Shown here: positions 55,531-64,000 of the stretch, piece by piece
Numbering within the stretch: position 1 is the stretch's first letter
How the letters are laid out: each line of letters opens with the position of its first letter
Source of the DNA: Octopus vulgaris
Lineage: Eukaryota
Length of the DNA stretch: 64,000 bases
Direction: 5' to 3'
NCBI GenBank assembly: GCA_951406725.2
Contig: OX597840.1
Coordinates: 21,018,001-21,082,000 of the forward strand
The notes under the pieces: generated by a model
The model's database searches: none
Seen by the model: the letters and a program-made list of their open reading frames with translations, nothing else
What the model was told of the DNA's origin: nothing
Program-made: the position numbers and the translations under genes

Positions 55531-56099
55531 CCAGGACTCCTTTTTATTATGTATGTCTATGTATGCATGTATGTATATATATATTGCTTTTACTTATGAT
55601 CAATGATGTTTCACCTGTGACCATCCCAAATATTTTCTACGAGCAGGGAACCCAGTCCCACATACCACATTATCCAACGTCTCCTTGTTTTCTGGGGCAA
55701 CAATTTCAGGCACATTTGGCTCATTTTTCTAGCAGGTGTGGAGACTACGTAGAGGCTTTCCAACTAGCTCGTAGCTGTATGGATGAGAGATTTGAGTGTA
55801 TGTGTATAAATGTGATTTATTTAAGTGTGTATGTGTGTTAAGTTTTCCTGCATTGATGCGGATGCGACATACATGTGTGAATGTGTCATTTGATGCGTGT
55901 GTATGTATATGTCTGCGATTGCAGGTGCCTCTTTATTCATATCTTTGTATATATCTGTATAAACGTATGACATTTGTGTGCATGTATGTGTGACGTGTAT
56001 ATGAGATTGGTATGTATATATATATATATATGAATATATGCGGGTTATCTATCTATATATATATACATATACATATATATATACACACATATATATACC

Positions 56100-56373
56100 T
56101 ATCTATCTGCCTCTGTCTACCGATCAAATCGATCGATCGTTTTGTGTATCTATCTACCTACCTATTTATCTATCTACCTACCTACCTACCTACCTATTTA
56201 TCTATCTATTTATCTATCTACCTATCTATTTATCTATCTATCTATCTACCTATCTACCTACCTACCTACCTATTTATCTATCTATTTATCTATCTATCTA
56301 TCTGTCTATCTATCTATCTATCTATCTATCTACATACCTACCTATTTATCTATCTATCTGTCTGTCTATCTAC

Positions 56374-56458
<85 letters not shown>

Positions 56459-56485
56459 GATCGATCGATCTACCTATCTGTATAT
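56100..56485. repeat. (TCTA)n/(CCTA)n tetranucleotide microsatellite
   Basis: Seen directly. Also 25085-25410 (TAGA/TGGA), 42355-42485 and 58275-58565. Confidence 0.95.
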
Positions 56486-57044
56486 ATTTTAAGATCAACT
56501 GTCTATGTGTATGAAACAATTTTTTACAATTTTCCTGCAAACTCATCAAAATAATAATTTTTTTAAAAAACTAATATTTCATTTCTTTCTGCCACGTTTG
56601 TTCTTCACGTTATTCCGTTCACTTAATTCTCTAAATTACCTTGAGGAACGGCTTAAAGCACACAACCTCACCCACCATCCATTTCCATATGTATCTAAAT
56701 ACCTGTGCTTGTAGGAACAATTACTTAATTATCGAAAAATAAAAAGTAAAAAACAAGCAATCCTTTATCGGTTTATCGATATTGTGTATGTTGTGTAATT
56801 CTATTCATGATGCTGTTAGGTGCTTACCATTTTCACCTGAATAAACGGTAAGCAAAGCAAGTCCCGAAAAATGCTTGTTTTTATTTGCACCTCACGTCAC
56901 ATTCGTGGTGTATATATATATATACACACGCGCGGGTATACACACACTTATATGATGGATATATTATATATACATAGGTATATAGACACGTGTGTATATA
57001 TACATTCATATATTTATATGTACACACACATATATATATATATG

Positions 57045-57102
<58 letters not shown>

Positions 57103-57196
57103 TAGATATATTTATCGAAGTGTTATATAAACCACACATATATATTACTCGTAGTGTATTATATATATAAAATATATTTATTAATATGTATACATA

Positions 57197-57255
<59 letters not shown>

Positions 57256-58408
57256 GCTTTCAATGGCGGTGTTTTCTTTTTTGTTTTTTTATCAGAGGCC
57301 ATCTGAGTTTCGTAAAATTCAGTCAATGTTTCATAAGCGAAAACTGACAATTATTTGAAAATCAAGAAGTATATATCAATAAACGGAGAATTCATTGAAA
57401 CTTTATAAACAGAAGCGACTGCAATCACAAATAAAAAGTGAAATTCACTATCATCTGCCTCAACATTGAATAGCAACCATATTCTTTTTTTATTTTTTCA
57501 TATATATATATATATATATAAAAGTTACACGTGAGGTTTTTAAAATATCGTTTTCTGACGTGAAACGTGTGCTTTATAAGAAAATAATTAATCATAAGGA
57601 GTTTTGAAGTTCATAGCTCGCGATAGAAGTCATTAGCGGTGCAAATGAAAACAGCTCTAACTAGGCTGGAGGAAACAAAAAAGAAATATCGCAACACTGT
57701 CGTTCACTCGATTTATTCGTTGTAAAACTTAAGACAAGGCAAAATTATATAAAGAAAAGAAATAAAGGAAAAGCACCATAAGCGCGCGCGGGCATGAATG
57801 TATCTGTGCGTGTGTATGTGTGTGTATATATAACTGTGTATATATCTGTGCGTATATGTGTACCTTGTGTGTATCGATGTAAAGATAAATATGTGTTTGT
57901 GTGTATGTGTGCTTCCTTATATGTATGTAAATAGTTATATATGTGTGTGTATGTATGTAAATATGTGTATGTGTGTGTATGTATATGTATATATGTGTGT
58001 GTGTGTATATAAAAATGAGTGTGTGCACGCATACAAGCGTGTCTCTGTAAGTCTGTGTATTGTGTGTATGTATATATGTATGCATACAAGTGCGTGTTTA
58101 TATATAGATGTTTATCATATATGTGTATATATATAAATATACACTTGCATGGATATATGTGTGTGTGTGTGTGTGTGCATGTGTAAATACATTCAATGTA
58201 GCCATGTTGACAATAATCATTTTTTAATAAAATCATTGATTATGTCATATACTGCATGTAATGTGTCACTAACCTGTCTGTCTATCTATTATCTGTTTAA
58301 TCTATCTCCCTATATACCTATCTCTCTATCTATCTATCTACCTACCTATCTATCTATTTATCTGTCAATCTATATACCTATTTATCTATCTGCCTATCTA
58401 TCTGTCTG

Positions 58409-58445
<37 letters not shown>

Positions 58446-58464
58446 ATACCTATCTATCTATCTG

Positions 58465-58563
<99 letters not shown>

Positions 58564-60786
58564 GTATATCTAGAAAGACAGATATAGATATAGATAGACA
58601 TATATGTATGTATATCTATATGTACATATACTAACACACACACACACAGATAAAACGAGTGGAAAAGAGAAGAAGAAAAAAGAAATTATTGGAGTTGTAC
58701 ATGAAATAAAAACAATCGATGGCAAAAAGACAGAAGAGAGGGAAAATATCTGTAAATAAACATAATTTGTTTCTGTTTATTCTTTGTTCATTTGAAGAAA
58801 TCTTCATTTCCGCCGACGACCGAACTTTTATAAGTGTAAGCAAGCGTAACACCTTCAACCCCAGAAGTCAAACCATTTATTTCATTTCGTTTATTATATT
58901 ATTTCATCGTTTAGTGGTTTCATCAGGAAAGAAAGGGCAGTGTTCATGATCCCTTTCTGTTCCCTTTTTTCTATTTTTCTTTTCGTGATGGGATTCCGAG
59001 ACTTGTAAGGAAGAAATGCAGAACAATCCACGACTCAAGAACCCTTCTCCAACCGGTGACCCGGACCGAAAACTTGAAGCGGAGTGGATAGGATTCTATT
59101 TAAGGGTCAGGTTGTTGTGTTAAGGGTTTAAACTCACACTCAGTTATAGGCAATCTTTTTCAAGAATCGGGTCGCATGAAACATGGTTCATCATCAGGCG
59201 GGGACAGAATTAATAAAAAATATCAATTTCAAATTTTGGCAGATCGGTAATTTCGGAGGAGGGGCAGCAAGTCAATTTGACTGCCCCCAATGCTCGTCTG
59301 GTTCTTATTTTATCAACCCCGAAAGGATGAAAGGCAATTTTGACCTCAGAGGAATTTGAACTCAAAACGAAATGCCTCTCTGCATTGCCTTTGCATTGCT
59401 AAAAATATTCAAGATATTCTGTTAGGTGTGCAATTGAGAAAGTCCTGCAAGCCGCATTTTTTTGCCATGATAGGATCGAATCGCACTGATTGCATCCTTT
59501 GTGAAAGAAATGATTCGATCATCACCCATCAAATGACCCTTTATCTAAAGCATGATATAGTTCCGGGAACTCCCTTCACTTTGGGGGCTTGTGGTTAATT
59601 TTCATACATTAAATTCCCTTCTATCCAGAACTACCGGAACCAGAAGGTTGCCAGATAACTGAATTTTCTGGATATCTGATCGGCGCATTTTAAATTACCA
59701 TAGCACCTCACAAAACTCATTAAACTCTTCTCTCCATATATACACCAGTATTATCATTGATTTCAAATTTTGGCACACGGAGGGCAAATTCGTGGAAAGT
59801 GGGTAAAGCCAGTGACATCGATCCCAGTGCAAGGTAGAGCGGAATTTAAACTCAGATGGACGAAATGCTTCTAAGCATTTTTGCTCAGCGCCGTAGCGAT
59901 ACTGTCGTCTCGCCGCCTTATCATCAGTATTACCATTAATATTCTAAATATAGTAGAACTGAGAGAAATAGGAATAAACACAAATATAATTTGAAGTAAA
60001 GAAGTTTTATTCACCTAATAAAATACAGTTACAGTAAATGAAATAGAATAAAATACTTCGAGAAGCACCGATCCATTTTGGATGCGGTAGAATCATACTT
60101 TCTTTTAACAATTAATTAACACAAATAATTCTCTTGATTAATTAAGACTTTTTTCCTTTTATTTTCCCAGGTGTCGGTTGCTGAATATTTGAGAATCGGA
60201 TGAGAGGCTTTTTGCAATATATATTTTCCCGCTTTATAGCGATGGAAACAAACCGAACATCCCGGTTGCTGTTACTTTCACCTTTAATCTCTTTAAGAGT
60301 ATTTAAGAACTTCCCTGCTTTAGTATTTTTCCTGTTACTGACCCACAAGCAGCCAGCTTACAAACCAGGAAGTGTCTTCTTTACAAAGTACATTTGCTAC
60401 ACTCGCATTCCATTTTTCTCTCTCCTACAGATAATAATATACGGCACTCGCACACACAGACAGAAACTAGCACTAAGGTATCTTGAGGAAAGAGAATATG
60501 ATGCCGATGCCTTTCTCAAAAGGAATTATAAAGCAATGTACCGCGAAATATAGCCGTTGCGAGGAAACCGAAAACGGGGTCTCGCAACCGGCTCGCCGGG
60601 AGATTTAATCTCACATACACACACACACACAGGACTGTCTTTATGCACACACACACACACACACACGTACACATACATGCATACGTAAATACATTTGTAT
60701 ATATATATACACACATATCTATCTACCTATTTGTATGTATGTATATATATATAATAATTATTATTTGAGGGAATAAAATCCAAACT

Positions 60787-60858
<72 letters not shown>

Positions 60859-61646
60859 GTACATATATATATATATACATATATATACATATATACACAC
60901 ACACACATATATATATACACACATATATATATACATACACACACACGCATATATATATGTATATATATATATATTAGAACGAAAGCTTCAACAAGCAGAA
61001 CATGTGACTTCACTTTGCAGCTTGTAATTTATAATTCAAACGTAATCGCAGAATAGTTTGAGTAAATAAGGGATTTAGAAATAATGCATAAAGCCACTAA
61101 TATATATGTGTGTATATATATTTGTATCTATGCACACATACATTACGTGTGTATACACACGCACGCATATGTTTTCTGGGGAGGGTCATTTGTCGATAAT
61201 AAACACACTCTGGTTTTTATTCACTTCTGATGATTTGTTAGTCAACAGGTTAATCAATTAACCACTTAACTAATCGATTACCATTGCCCGAGTAAATCGT
61301 TCGATCAAATCAATCAATCAATGACTCGGCTCGCTTCGTCAGAGTCCTTTCGCCGCCATTCGCGCGACCTCATCAATGACAGGCGACTCTCTTTTATTGT
61401 CTCGCTTGCCTCCAGACCTTCATGTATTTTATACATTTTGGAGGGGAAATGTGTATTTATGATAGTAGATATATATGTGTTTGTGGGGGACCCATATCTG
61501 GTTCGCTTTATTTTCTTTTTACCAGGTTGTGTGTCTGTGTGTGCGGTCGTTTTTGTTGCTTTGCAAGTGTTTTTCACGACTGTCTGTGCCTTTATTTCCA
61601 AATTACCTCTTAAATACCAAATAAATAAAGTATTCATTCATAAACG

Positions 61647-61900
61647 GGTACTGTTTGGGAACAGTGGTCCCGGTGCGCGCACTCGCGTAGTCGCGCTAGC
61701 TAGTCGTGACTAGTCGATCCTACAACGACTTACCTAGCGAAGTAAATAAAACACAAAATAAATAATTTTTTTACACAAAATAAATAATTTTTATTAAACA
61801 AAGTAAATAAAACACAAAAACACAAAGGATCGACTAGTCATGACTAGCTAGCGCGGATGCGCGAGTACGCGCACCGGGACCACTGTTCTCAAGAAGTACC
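61647..61900. mobile_element. Merlin-type MITE with ~75-bp CpG-rich TIRs
   Basis: TIRs at 61647-61721 and 61826-61900 start GGTAC, matching the Merlin GG-terminus pattern. 8-bp TSD cataaacg (61639-61646) / cataaatg (61901-61908), differing by one CpG transition. A-rich spacer. Confidence 0.8.
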
Positions 61901-62605
61901 CATAAATGTGCTGATCCATCCTTACACACACACATGTACAATATTCTACATGAATACATATCCATGTGCTACAAACGTACTTTATCTTGGAAGATATACA
62001 TACATATATACACACATACAAATATGTATGCACACACATATACATTCAAACACGCATGCACACACACAGCCATATATACGCACTCACACACCTTTATATT
62101 CAAGATGCTTTCGGGGTCTTGGAGTTACCGTAATTTCTGCCGATTATTAATAAAAAAGGAAAAGAAGCAGATGTAGATAGAAAAAAAACACACGCAGACA
62201 TACATACATATATATATACTTTGAGTTCTACTTTTCTTGTTTGTATCACCAAACATATATGTATGTATGTGTGTATGTATGTGTGTGTATGTATATGTGT
62301 GTGTGTATGTATGTGTGTGTGTGTATGTATGTGTGTGTGTATGTATGTATGTGTGTGTATGTATATGTGTGTGTATGTGTGTGTGTGTATGTATGTGTGT
62401 GTGTATGTAAGTGTGTATGTATGTGTGTGTATGTATATATGTATGTGTGTATGTATGTATGTGTGTATGCATGTATGTATGCATGTATGAATGTATGTAT
62501 CTATGTATGTATGTAGGTATATATGTATATGTATGTATGTATGTACGTGTGTATATATGTACGTGTGTACGTATATATATATACACACACAAACATGTAT
62601 GCACG

Positions 62606-62684
<79 letters not shown>

Positions 62685-62967
62685 GTGAGCCTATCCGCCC
62701 ATACATTTGGTGCCAAGAAAAACGTGTTCGGGGTGAGACGGTGGGAGCGGTGATTGGGTGGGGAAGAAGTCGCTGCTAATTTAATTCTTCAATATCCATC
62801 ATCCTGTGTGTTTACAAATAACATTCCCACCATTCTATAAATATACCAGAATCATGCCAGCATAAAGGCACAAGGCATCGGCAGAGCACAGAGCGGACCG
62901 CATTCGAGCGCGGTATGTGACAAGCACCTGGGCCCTCCATCACACACCTGGATACGTGTGCGTGTGA

Positions 62968-63004
<37 letters not shown>

Positions 63005-63024
63005 CACACACACATATATACACT

Positions 63025-63110
<86 letters not shown>

Positions 63111-64000
63111 TGGCACACATCCATAGGCATATATACGGCCCTGAATAGTAGAGGTGGTGGAGGTTTTCTTGTGGAGATGATAGTGGCGGCGGCGGCGGTG
63201 ATGGTGGTGGGTGGGGGACTCATTGTTATATAACGATTATATGAACAAAGACGAGTTATATCCAGGTTACACACACGCATTGGATACACAAACCCTTGCA
63301 CATATTGTCACACTCACACACACATGTGTATATATATATACACACACAAAATGTAAATATATATATATATATATAGAATGTACATACACACATGTATATA
63401 TGTGTATATATATATATATATATATTTATATACACGTACACAAGTAAAGACATGCATATATATATATATAGATAGATAGATAGAGGATCTTTTCCTTTTG
63501 ATGGACGGAATTTTCTAGTTAAGGAAAAGATCCTAGATAGATATATACATACATACACACGTATACAATATACACGCACCCACAGGCACACATACATACA
63601 CACACACATATATATATATATATACATAGATACACGTATACAATATAGATGCACCCACACACATATATATATATATATATACATATACTTTTATATATAT
63701 CTATCTATATATCATATACACATTCCTAATACATAGACGAGAGGCGACTTTAATTAGTATTAAAAGCCACACTAATGGCGCCTGTTCAGGCAAATGGTAT
63801 CAAAATTTAATGCTAAGCATATCTATGTCTTAGCTCCTCCGTCTATAAATCTTCACACGTGAGTTTTAGAGTAAATGAATCCGTTATAAACACTCGCAGA
63901 GATCGAGCGACAGATAAATTACCAGCGCACTTGCAAAACAATATAGGACTATTACAGATATATATCTCTGTATCTAGGTTGACATAGTAAGACTGGCGGA

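Overview
AT-rich, microsatellite-saturated eukaryotic DNA. The SINE/LINE families and (TA)n/(TG)n/(TAGA)n load look like an Octopus genome (inference, not a database result). Nearly all ORFs in the supplied track are microsatellite or low-complexity artefacts. One host gene is supported: the first two coding exons of an ARID2/BAF200 orthologue on the minus strand (26940-27031 and 8108-8201, intron 18.7 kb). Its later exons probably lie left of the window. The rest is mostly mobile DNA: a near-intact DD34E Tc1, decayed mariner/Tc1/maT-like elements, two Helitrons, hAT-, piggyBac- and Merlin-type MITEs, several tRNA-derived SINE families, and RTE, CR1-like and RLE-type LINE fragments. The most notable signal is about 13 minimal hammerhead-ribozyme motifs in at least 7 distinct families of short elements, most next to (TA)n tracts and several with inverted partial duplications. 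This is a Penelope-pLTR/retrozyme-like system. One motif (47619-47659, minus) has a fully canonical core. Two lie in sense orientation just upstream of ARID2 exon 2. Base-pairing was worked out by eye and repeat boundaries are approximate unless a TSD is given.
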